64,000 bases of DNA from the NCBI GenBank assembly GCA_035221665.1, contig CM069154.1, positions 27,590,001-27,654,000 of the forward strand, read 5' to 3'. The notes beneath the pieces were generated by a model. It was not told the origin of the DNA and made no database searches. It was given only the letters and a program-made list of their open reading frames with translations. The position numbers and the translations under genes were made by a program. Shown in pieces: positions 48,288 to 60,589 of the stretch (positions are counted from its first letter, which is position 1; each line of letters begins with the position of its first letter). This DNA is from Okamejei kenojei (taxonomy: Eukaryota).

Positions 48288-51200
48288 CCCTCCCTCAGCC
48301 CCGGCTATCCAACACCCGCGGCCCATGCAGTTGATATGAGTTTTGAAATTTTCATTGATCACAGAATTTCTCATGACAGAGCGTGAGAATTTGGTGAAAT
48401 GCGTGATTCTCAAGCTCAATGCATGATTCTCACGCTCAATGCGTGAGAGTTGGCAGCCCTGTTGATAGGTTCTCAATTAGTACGGGTGTCAGGGGTTATG
48501 GGGAGAAAGCAGAAGAATGGGGTTAGGGGGGAGAGATAGAGTGAATAGCGGAGTAGACATGATGGTTCGAATGGCCTAATTCTGCTCCTATCCCGTCTGA
48601 CCTTATGATCAGCCATGATGGAATGGCAGAGCGACTCGATGGGCCGAATGGCCTAATTTTGCTCCTATGTCCTATGATCCTATGTTCCAAAATGGTTCAT
48701 CACAATCTGGTATATATTGATTGCTTCATTGTGCCTTGTCAGGCCTTTTGTGTTGACAAGCCCAAAATGTGGACAGGCCTTTTGGCCTGACTCATCCATG
48801 CCAACCAAAAATGCCCCAAAAGCATCAAGACAACTTTATTTCTCCAACAACCTCCTACAGCCCCTCATGCTCTACAGATATTTCACAGTTTAAATCCTTG
48901 TCACCATTACAACGGACACACACAATGAATTTTATTTAATCAAAACCAGTTATGCATCATAAATTATTCACACAATTATGACGTATGAGATTCCTTTTTA
49001 GATCTTGCATTCCATGTCAATTGCTTCCTTTCTGGAGATCAAGGTGGAATCTAATATAAAAGAACAGACTCACCAGGAAGGAGGATCAGAAAATGAAAAT
49101 TATTTTTGCCACCTTCAGGGATGCACTGTTTGAAATCATTGGGAAACTGAGACTTAGTGCCTGGAGGAATTTATTGAGATGGGAAGATACGTGACCCTGG
49201 AAGTACTTAAACAAGAGGATAACATTTTATGGCAGTAAAGGACTGTGAGACCATACATCGATGAGGAAAGGAGGAGTAAGGATGGGCCTTTGAAAGTGGA
49301 AGGAGGCAATTCTTGTAACGTTCATAAGTAATGGTAGGAGAATTAGGCCATTCGGCCCATCAAGTCTACTCTGATATTCAATCATGGTTGATCTATCTTT
49401 CCCTCTCAACCCCATTCTCCTGCCTTCTCCCCGTCTCCTTCTTAAGTAGAAGAGGATTATACAGTCACAAAGTCATGCAGACGCAGTCAGTTCTTTCGGC
49501 CCAACTCATTTATTTCTGTGTATCTGTCCAAGTGTCCTTTAAATATTGTTATTGTAACTGCCTCAACTACTTAATCCGGCAGTTTGTTCCATACACCAAC
49601 CATCCGCCATGTAAATAAATTTGTCCCTCAAGTTTCTACTAAATCTTTCCCCTCTTAAAGTTATGCTCAACAGTTCTTCATTACCCTACCCTGAGAAAAG
49701 ATACCATGCATTCACCCTATCTATTTCCCCTTGTGATTTTATACACCTCTATAAACCACCTCCCCCCCCCACCCCCTCAGTCTCCTGAAGCCAAAACAGT
49801 GATCTAGAAAGTTTCAGCATGATCCCGTTGGTTTCAGATTATGGGTCTCCATTTATAATGTGGAAAATATATTTGTCTTTTTTCAACTACATCACCTTGC
49901 TTGCCCACCTTTGAAGACTTGCAAATATGGAAATCGAGTTACTCCAGCATGTTGTGTCTTCCTTCTACTCACCAATAGTTTTACAAAATTGTCGCAATGA
50001 TAGAAAATCTATGACTTGATGCTGTTCCAATGTGCAATGTAACTGCTTTTTGACCTGAAAATTGATTGCCAAAAGCAATTGTCATTTTTATATGCACACT
50101 GCACTCTTCAGGAAATCGCGATTCGCTCTTTTATGCGCAAGAAGCACTTATGAGAGGAGACTGCTGTGCATAGAGCAATGATTCAATCGGAAATCAGAAC
50201 ATGATTGAGATTGTTGACAGGATATTGCAAATAGCAACTCAGCAAACAGCATGCACCTCACAGCAAGAAACAGACCTTCCTGCTTTCAACGTAAGTGTAA
50301 GGACTGTTCTGAACGATAGCCAGAACGTTTGACAGAGAGGTATTGAAGGAAGGTCACAAAGTTATCCATCTTCCTGAAATTCTTCCAACATTGCTGGTCA
50401 CCTATCGCTAATGATTTGCTCCCACCAATCACACCTGGTTCTAAATTATGATAGAAACAAAGAACTGCAGATGCCGGTTAATACACAAAAGGACACAAAT
50501 TGCTGGAGTAACTCAGCAGGTCAGGCAACATCTCTGGAGAACATGGACAGGAGATGACCAACTGAAACGTTGTCCCTATAAATTATAAATTATAAATTAT
50601 CTCCAATCAAGGATAGATGGACCCTAAAGTGGGACAACTACTTGATTCTGTCATTATCAGCATTAAGAAAACTCAAAGTGCTGGAGAAAACTCAGTGGGT
50701 TAGGCTGCATCTAGGGAAGGAATGGACAAATAGTAATTCGGGTTGGGACCGTTCTTCAGTGAGAAATCCCGATTGTTCAGTATCTGGCCCAATACGTGCC
50801 TATTGCATGGTTAACTATAAAACCACTGGGAAATTGGTTCCAATCCTTCCTTTAAACTCATGTAGAAAGGAATTTCTCAGCCCACTGGAGGTCAGCCCGC
50901 CAAACTACCATGTCCTTAGATAGGTACTGACCCGAAAAGTAGTCTTAAGAAAGGTCCCAACCCGAAACGCACCCATTCTTTTTCTGCCTGACCCGCTGAG
51001 TTACTCCAGCATTTTTGTGTCTATCTTCCTTTTAACTCATTGGTTTAAGGTGATGGGGTAAAGATTGAATGGGAACCTGAGGGGTTACACAAAGGGTGGT
51101 GGATGTATGGAACGAGTTGCCGGAGGAGGTGGTTGAGGCAGGTACTATTGCAACGTTTAAGAAACATATAGACAGGTACATGGATAGGATTGGTTCAGAG

Positions 51201-53498
51201 GGATATGGGCCAAAAGCAAGCAGGTTGAACTAGTGTAGACAGGGCATTTTGGACGGCGTGGGCAAGTTGGGACAAAGGGCCTGTTTTCATGCTGTATGAC
51301 TCTATGAATAGACAGATGATGTTCCAGGTTAGGATGAAGGGTCGTAAAATGTGACGAAGGGGTCCTGATCTGGAACTTTGCCAATACATCCCCACCAGAT
51401 GCTGCCTGACCCACTGAGTTTCTCCAGTATTTTGTGGTTTGAACAGGATTCCAGTGTCTGCAGTTCCTTGTGTCTTCCAGAATTCACAGTTGCTTCAAGC
51501 TTCCAGCATGGTAAACATATTGCATTTCAAGAATGAGGTATTTTAATTTAGTTTAGTTTAGTTTAGTTTAGCGATACAGTGTGGAAACAAGCCCTTCAAC
51601 ACACTGAATCCGCACAAGTCATCATATGTATCGAGGTGCAATGAAAAGCTTTTTTGTTGTGTGCTATCCAGTCAACGGAAAGACTATACATGATTACAAT
51701 CAAATCGTTCACAGTGTACAGATACAAGATAAGCGGATAACGTTTTGTGCAAGATAAAGACCAGTAAAGTGATTAAAGATAGCCCAAGGGTCTCCAGTGA
51801 GGTAGATGGTAGGTCAGGAACACTCTCTAGTTGTCATAGGAATAGTTCAGTTGCCTGATAACAGCTGGGAAGAAACTGTCCCTGAATCTGGAGGTGTGCA
51901 TTTTCATACTTCTGTACCTCTTGCCTGATGGGAGAGAGGAGGTCCGGGGTGAGACGAGCCCTTGATTATGCTGCTGGCCTTCTTTGTGTGATCCTTCTTT
52001 TTAATCCTAACAACATGTTACATTGCAGATTGTGGTGATTTAATGGATATATATTTGTTGTCCTCTTGCATCTAATGTGCCTGTAAATCTGCAGCAAGAT
52101 AGAATGTAATTGTTCTGGTCCTGGTGCATATGATAATTAAACACTTTTGACTCCTGACATTAAAATGGAGCCCTAAGCCCTTAAGAAAATATTGCTACCT
52201 ACAACATTGAACACATTTTTACATTTATCTCCCAAGCAATGCAGATTTAACTCACACTTTTAGGTACATTAGGTAGTTCCTTTTAAAGGGTTCCGAAGGT
52301 TTCGCTGCGATGAACAGTTTGCCCTGCATTTGTTATTATCAACGTTTAACAATATTAGTATTATTAATTGATTTTGTGACAGGTCAAACATAAGTGAAAA
52401 AGTGTCTCGACCGAAACGTCGCCTATCTCCTTCGCTCCTTAGATGCTGCTGCACCCGCTGAGTTTCTCCAGCTTTTTGAGTAATCCCTGAAAAAGTAGCT
52501 TGTTTGTAGCCCAAAAATGCTCACAATATTCCAAATGTAGCCAGCGTTCTATAAAGCCTCAGCATTAGTCAGATAACATAGAACGAGTGTGAATGGACGA
52601 TCGATTGTCAGCATGGACTTAGTGGACCGAAGAGTCTGTTTCCATTGTGTATTTCTAAACTAACCTAAACTTTAAATGCTATAAAAAGACCTTCTTTGTT
52701 ATCTTCCTAAAGAAAGCATGCTATTATTAACTTTCTAACATGCATCACATTCCTAACTTTGAGGTGCACCTCCTTTTTATTACTCATAATAATGCTGCAC
52801 TTCTATGCAGGATATTTTTTTTAACATTCTGCAGCAGAAAATACAATTTTTGATAAGCCAGGATGGTTTAACACCCTCAAGCAGTTCCTGACAAATAACC
52901 AAGAGTGATGAAATGGAACATTCTTCTTAATAACTGGCAAATGTCGGGCTCTACTAACTCAATCAATGGTACAGCGGTAAGAAAGCATTGAGAGCTCTAT
53001 AACATTTTAAAGGACAATCACTCAACTGAAACGTGAATAAACTAACTTGAAGCTTTTATAGCTTTCCATTAGACCCTACTGTAGGTCATGTAACGTGCAA
53101 TAAAAGACAGTAATTTAGCACGACAATCACGATATTTTTCTTCGATGATACAAGGGACACTAGAAACATTATGATAGGAGTAATCAAACTCTTTGAAGCA
53201 GCGTGAAACATCAGCAATGTGATTGAAACCAGTATTTTGCTTGATTAAAATTAATATGATGATTAATGATGCAAGGGCAAATATTTGGCTCCAACTCGGT
53301 ACATTTAGGACAAAACATCAGTTAGCGTAACACCAAACAAAAATATGCAACATCCCTCGGTTATACAAATATAATAAGCTCCCCCCCACAGACTTAGGCT
53401 TGCACAAGATATCTTTGTGAATGCGCTAAGAGAAAAAATAAAGTAGCAAAGAGAAATGTGGTCACACAAACCAATCTCCCTTCCATTGACTCCATTTA

Positions 53499-55071
53499 CA
53501 GTGGCTTGCAAAAGTATTCATACCCCTTGAACTTTTCCACGTTTTGTCACGTTACAACCCCAAATGTAAATGTATTTTATTGGGATTTTATGTGATAGAC
53601 CAACACAAAGTGGTGCATAATTGTGAAGTGGAAGGAAAATGATACATGCTTTCCAAATTTTATTACAAATAAAAAACTGAAAAGTGTGGCGTGCAAAAGT
53701 ATTCAGCCCCCCTCAGTCAATACTTTGTAGAACCACCTTTCGCTGCAATTACAGCTGCAAGTCTTTTGGGGTATGTCTCTACCAGCTTTGCACATCTAGA
53801 GACTAACATTTTTGCCCATTCTTCGTTGCAAAATAGCTCAAGCTCAATCAGATTGGATGGAGAGCGTCTGTGAACAGCAATTTTCAAGTCTTGCCAGAGA
53901 TTCTCAATTGGATTTAGGTCTGGAATTTGACTGGGCCATTCGAACACATGAATATGCTTTGATCTAAACCATTCCATTGTAGCTCTGGTTGTATGTTTAG
54001 GGTCGTTGTCCTGCTGGAAGGTGAACCTCCGCCCCAGTCTCAAGTCTTTTGCAGACTCCAACAGGTTTTCTTCCAAGATTGCCCTGTATTTGGCTCCATC
54101 CATCTTCCCATCAACTCTGACCAGCTTCCCTGTCCCTGCTGAAGAAAAGCATCCCCCGCAGCATGACGCTGCCACCACCATGTTTCACAATGGGGATGGT
54201 GTGTTCCGGGTGATGTGCAGTGTTAGTTTTGGTCTCATCAGACCAGAGCACCTTCCTCCATATGTTTGCTGTGTCCCCCACATGGCTTGTGGCAAACTGC
54301 AAACTGAACTTCTTATGGCTTTGTTTGAACAATGGCTTTCTTCTTGCCTCTCTTCCATAAAGGCCCAATTTGTGGAATGCACGACTAATAGTTGTCCTGT
54401 GGACAGATTCTCCCACCTGAGCTGTGGATCTCTGCAGCTCCTCCAGAGTTACCGTGGGCCTCTTGGTTGCTTCTCAGATCAATGCTCTCCTTGCCCGGCC
54501 TGTCAGTTTAGGTGGATGGCCATGTCTTGGTGGGTTTGCAGTTGTGCCATACTCTTTCCATTTTCGGATGATGGATTGAACAGTGCTCCGTGAGATGTTC
54601 AAGGCTTGGGATATTTTTTTATAACCTAACCCTGCTTTAAACTTCTCCACAACTTTTTCCCTGACCTGTCTGGTGTGTTCCTTGGGCTTCATGATGCTGT
54701 TTTTTCACTAATGTTCTCTAACAAATCTCTGAGGCCTTCACAGAACAGCTGTATTTATACTGAGATTAGATTACACACAAGAGGACTCTATTTACTAATT
54801 AGGTGACTTCTGAAGCCAATTGGTTGCACTAGATTTTATTTAGGGGTATCAGAGTAAAGGGGGCTGAATACTTTTGCACGCCACACATTTCAGTTTTTTA
54901 TTTGTAAAAAAATTTGAAAACCATGTATCATTTTTCTTCCACTTCACAATTATGCGCCACTTTGTGTTGGTCTATCACATAAATTTCCAATAAAATACAT
55001 TTACGTTTGTGGTTGTAATGTGACCAAATGTGGAAAAGTTCAAGGGGTATGAATACTTTTGCAAGCCACTG
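53499..55071 (-). mobile_element. Tc1-family transposon, inactivated copy
   Basis: TA-flanked IRs. Transposase 54692->53717 (MKPKEHTRQVREKVVEKFKAGLGYKKIS...SDETK...QQDNDPKH...[10 protein letters not shown]) with a stop, a deletion and a frameshift. Inserted in a Rex/L2-type fragment. Confidence 0.95.
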
Positions 55072-56019
55072 TATACTTCACGCTGCCTCGGCAAGGCCAC
55101 CAGCATAATCAAGGATGAATCTCACCCCAGTCACTCCTTCTTCTCCCTTCTCCCATCAGGCAAGCAGTCTGGTGTGTGAAAACGCACACCTCCAGATTCA
55201 GGGACAGTTTCTTCCCAGCTATTATCTGGCATCTGAACCGTCCTATCAAGAATAGGGTGGTCCTTTGCCACGATCTACTGCATTGGAGACCCTCAGACTA
55301 TGTTGACTCAGATTTTACTGGATTTTATCTTGCACTAAACATTATTCGCTTTATCATGCATCTGTACACTGTGGACGGCTCGATTGTATAGTATTTCAAC
55401 TAACTGGTTAGCATGCGACAAATGCTTTTCACTGTACCTTGGTACGTGACAAACTAAACTAAACTACCCAGCACTTTGTGTACTTTATTCCAAACCAGCA
55501 CCTGCAGTCCCTGTACCTGTATTTTAAGGAGTTTTTCTGCAAATTGCCATTCCATTTAATTTAAGGACAATAGACATGAGAGGATTTCATTCCCTTCTCT
55601 TTGTTTACCGTTCCATTTATCATGATTCATCTTTGGCCCAACTCCCCTTATCCAGCTTTGTTCCATATCCCTTAATAAGCAATATCAATAAAAAAATCCA
55701 ATAACACATTTCAATCTTGGAAATGGCACTTCACCCCACAGCTACAGAGAGATCCAAGTTTCCACTATCTTTCATGTGTGAAAGTGCTTGTCGATTTCAC
55801 TCTTGAAAGACCAGGGTGCAATGTTAAAATTCTGCCTATATTCCAGAACGCTCTCCCGAAGGAAATAATTTTCATGTGTCCATTCGGTGCAAATCTTTTA
55901 TAGCCGTAAGCACTTTGATTATTTCATCTCTCCCTCCCTCAACTAGGTCAATTTGTGCAATTTGTTTTCATAACTCCTATATTGCTTGGTTAATTTGTTG
56001 ACCCGTTTCCCTGCAAATA

Positions 56020-56295
56020 CCTAAGCCAGAGACCAGGTTTTGATCCAGAATATGGGTGCTGTCTGTGCGGAGTTTATACGTTCTCCCTGTGACCGTGTGA
56101 CCATTTCACCGGGTGCTCCGGTTTCCTGCCACACTCCAAAGACGTTCTGGTTTGTAGTTAATTGGCTTCTGTGAATTGAAAATTATCGCTAGTGTGTAGG
56201 ATAGTGCTGGTGTACGGGGTGATCGCCGGTCGGAGTGGGCTCGGTGGGTGGAACGGCCTGTCTTCATGCTGTATCTCTAAAGTTTAAAGTCTAAT
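56020..56295 (+). mobile_element. HE1/V-SINE-like copy (5' truncated)
   Basis: Conserved core and CTAAAG tail. Confidence 0.75.
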
Positions 56296-57124
56296 GTGAA
56301 GTAAACTAACTTCCGAATATTCATTGGAATCACATGCAAATTATCATTGAAACAATCACGTTAGAGGTTTAAACGCATGGTGAAAGCAATGTGTAGGAAT
56401 TAGAATTAGAATACATTTTATTGTCATTGCACAGCAACTGTACAACAGAATTTCAGTGCATCTCCTTCAGTGGTATACAATACAAGGCACAGGATAAAAA
56501 GATTTAAAAGAACAAAAACACAATCAACCATTAACTCTCTTTCATTTACCGGCAAGATCAATCAATAAAATAAGTAAATAGACAGTAGAAATATTGCAGA
56601 AGGAAGGAATTGCAGATGCTGGTTTCAACTGAAGATAGATACAAAAAGCTGGAGTAACTCAGCGGAACAGGCAGCATCACTGTAGTGAAGGAATGGGTGA
56701 CGTTTCAGGTCGAGACCCTTCTTCAGACGAAGGAGTGACGTTTGTGTCTTTCTTTGGTGAAAGTATAGTGTGAGTGGCAGAGACTTCAAGTCATGGGGCA
56801 CTGACACTGCTACTAGGGAAACAGGGAGGTGTTTTCGAGAACAAATTTAATCTAAATCAGATTGGCATCAGTGTCCTACAAATCAAATGACTCGGGTTAT
56901 AAATAGGGCCTTAAGCTAATAAAGATGACGGAGACTCCAGGCAAATAGTCTTATGAGAATGGTTTGTAGACCAAGGTAGTGAATTAAGTCAGGGCAGAGA
57001 TGTTGTCAAGACACATCAGAAATTCTTACTACCATAACAGGATGTGGAGAAAGATGTTGCCAGAGCGTGGTTGATGCTTTGCGTGCTCTTCCCAGAAAAG
57101 GATCTACATTCATCTAATACAATG

Positions 57125-57672
57125 TATAAGATGATGGTGAGGCCACATGTACAGTATCCTGTTCAGCTTTGGGCACCATGCTATAGGAAAGATGTTGTCA
57201 AGCTGGAAAGGATGTAGAGAAGATTTACAATTATGTTGCCGGGACTTGAGGGCCTGAGCCGTAGATAGAGTTTGGACTCTATTCCATGGAATGCAGGAAG
57301 GTGAGGAGTGATCTCACAGAGGTATACAAAATCATGAGAGGAATAGATTCGGGGAGACGCACAGAGTCTCTTGCCTAGAGTGGGGGAATTGAGAACCAAG
57401 GGACATAGGTTTAAGGTGATGGGGGAAAGATTTAATAGGAACCTGAGGGGCAACCTTTTCACACAAAGGGTGGTGGGTGTATGGAACAAGCTGCCAGAGG
57501 AGGTAGTTGAGACAGGTAGTATCACAATGTTTAAGAAACAGGTACATGGATAGTACAGGTTTGGAGGGATATGGGCCTTATGTAAGCAGGTGGGACAAGT
57601 GTAGATGGGACAAGTTGGCCAGTGTGGGCAAGTTGGGCTGAAGGGCATGTTTCCGTGCTGTATGACTCTATG
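57125..57672 (+). mobile_element. CR1 LINE 3' fragment
   Basis: LRTKGHRFKVMGERFNRNLRGNLFTQRVVGVWNKLP; TATGACTCTATGAC tail. Confidence 0.85.
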
Positions 57673-59719
57673 ACAATTGCTCTGCTCTTTTGAAAATTAT
57701 TTTCTACCTAAATCTAGTACCGTCTTGAAATGTTCGATCGATTGGACTTGATTTTGCTTTGATTGTATCTGATCTGTTTGGATAGCATGCAATACAAAGC
57801 TTTTCACTATACCTCAGATAGATACAAAATGCTGGAGTAACTCAGCAGGCCAGGCAGCATCTCAGAAGAAAAGGAATAGGTGACATTTCGGGTCGGAACC
57901 CTTCTTCACACTCTTCTTCAAGTCTTCAGTCTGAAGATGAGTTCTAACCTAAAACATCTCCTATTCCTTTTCTCCGGAGATGTTGCCTGACCCGCTGAGT
58001 TACTCCAGCACTTTGTGTCTTTCTTCGGTATAAAACAGCATCTGCAGTTCCTTCCTACTCACTGTACCTCTGTGCACTTATTAAGAACAATAAAGCTAAA
58101 CCTAATATCGAATAAGTCACCATAAGTGGAAAAAAAAATGTTGACGTGCATGAATCTATGAAGCATTTGTAAATAGATGGAATATTAACGAATAAAGACA
58201 TAAGTGACTTTAATGTGATGGCAGAATGATTAAAGTTAGAAACTACATTTTAAGGAGGTGGAGTAGCCTTGATGATGATTGTTTAAAGGCAGTCATGAGG
58301 ATCATCGTGATTCAGAAAACAAGGATGTGAAAGCTTATGAATGGAGCTGAGAGTTAATAAACACCAGAAACCATTGGTGGAAACTATTCTAGCTTCCCTG
58401 GAGTTTAATCATAAGATTAGAGAAAGTATGCATCAAAAGAAAATTGAAGATGGAAGATTGTGTAATAATAGAAGTTTGTTTAACAAGTATATAGCATGAA
58501 TCATAGCTCCCAACTATTTTTCCATCCTCAGCCAAAAATTGAGCAAACATTTGGAATTACAGCCCATATTTTAAGAACGCATGATAATTTTGTCAAAATG
58601 ATTCAAGATTTCAAACACTGTTTGGTTAAGCTTTGTAGCTTAGTAATTAAGCATTAAAGCACAAAATTAAAACAGTGAAATACATGAAAATCAAATTAAA
58701 ATGATTGAAAACAAAATGAAAGCATAAAATAAAATTCAAATTATTTTCCATAATTCTGTTAAAAAGTTTTTTGACTTCATCATGGCCCAGTTTGAATCCT
58801 TCACCGTCCAATTTTTGGCCCTGGCTGGAGGTTGGGAACCAGTTATCTAAATGAACCACACATTGGCAAGGAGATGAGAGGTTGTAGTATGCGAGGGATA
58901 ATTTGGGAGAAAAGTATGTTGAGAAACTAACCTAGTAACTAATGATTTTAGATAAAAAATTTATGTAAGGAATGAATGATTTCTGGTCCATTAACCCATG
59001 TCCATTAGTAACATGATTTATTTGTTCAATGTACAGGCTCCTCCAGGAGTGAAAATGAATTAAATGATTGAATTAGATTCTAAGCTTGAGCAGGATGTGG
59101 TTAAGTATTGAAGTGTGATGTTCAATTTAATAAGATCAATTCATCAAGAATGAAATCTAAATGGACTGAAGTAGGCTGGGAAATTTGATTGAAAAAACAT
59201 TAAATATGGCAAACATTTGACTGTTAAGTTCATAATTCTCAGTTAATATACATTCCTTTAAAGAATTTATGTTCAATAGACAATAGACATTAGGTGCAGG
59301 AGTAGACCATTCGGCCCTTCGAGCCAGCACCACCATTCAATGTGATCATGATTGATCATCCCCAATCAGTACCCCGTTCCTGCCTTCTGCCCATATCCCT
59401 TGATATATATCTTTAAGAGCTCTATCTAACTCTCTCTTGAAAGCATCCAGAGAATCGGCCTCCACTGCCTTTTGAGGCAGAGAATTCCATGGAAAAGTTG
59501 CACAACTGCGTAAACCAAATAATTTACTGGTATTATAAATGTTATTTATTCAATGGTACTTTATTTGTCATGTACTGAGTGCAGTAAATTTATTTTTGTA
59601 TATAGTTAAGTACGTATCACTATACATACTTACTTAGATACATCTTCGATAAGCGTGTCAGATGCAGTAAAAGTGTGTCGCGGTAGTACACTGAGATAGC
59701 TATACAGAGTCGCCAGATA

Positions 59720-60320
59720 GAGTCATAGCTTCATACAGAGTGGGAAAAGGTACTTTGGCCCAACATGCCCACACTGACCAATATGTCCCATATACATTAG
59801 TCCCACCTGCCTGCCCACCTGTTTGCCCAATGTTCCTCCAAACCTGTCCTATACATGTACCTGCCTAACTGTTTCTTAAATGTGGCATAAGTCCCTGGCT
59901 CAATTACTTCTTCTGGCAACTCGTTCCATACACCCACCACCGTTTGTGTGAAAAAATAAGCTCAAGATTCCTATTCAATCTTTTCCTCTTCATCATAAAC
60001 CAATGTCCTCACATTCTCATTCTCTACTCTGGGCAAGAGACTGGGCACCACCCAATCTATTCCACTCATGATTTTGTACACCTCTATAACATCACCCTAA
60101 TCCTCCTGCACTCCAAGGAATAGAGTCCTAGCCTGCTCAACCTCTCCCTATAGTTCAGACACTCGAGTCCTGGCAACATCCTCGTAAATCTTCTCTGTAC
60201 TCTTTCCAACTTGGCAATACGTTCCCTGAAACATGGTGACCAGAACTGAACACAATACTCAAAATGCAGCTTCACCAATGTCTTATATAACTGCAATATG
60301 ACCCCCCAACTTGTATACAA
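59720..60320 (-). mobile_element. CR1 LINE 3' fragment
   Basis: ORF LQLYKTLVKLHFEYCVQFWSP...LERVQRRFTRMLPGL. Confidence 0.85.
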
Positions 60321-60589
60321 TGCTTTGGCACCATTTTCAAGTCGTAGTAAGTATAGGATTCTTGACATGACCTGGCTTGTTTAAAGTTAATATTAGTTCA
60401 TGCTAAGAAATTTATAGGATTTCAAAAAGGATTTAAAAAAACCCATCAAATATTGATCAAGGAATTTGGTAAAGTGAAAGAATATTGATGAGAAACTCAA
60501 ACTCAAGATCTAAAAAATTAATATTGTGGAATAAACGCAAGTAGAAGCAGTGGCAGAAGAGTTATGGACTGTAAATAAGCAGAGATATT

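Larger units (their letters stand above)
45050..48461. mobile_element. Non-autonomous TIR DNA transposon (hAT- or P-like termini) carrying captured host sequence
   Basis: 13-bp TIRs CAAGGCTGCCAAC / GTTGGCAGCCCTG (12/13 match); 7-bp TSD TTGATAG (45043-49 and 48462-68); splits a CR1 copy; no transposase ORF. Confidence 0.85.
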
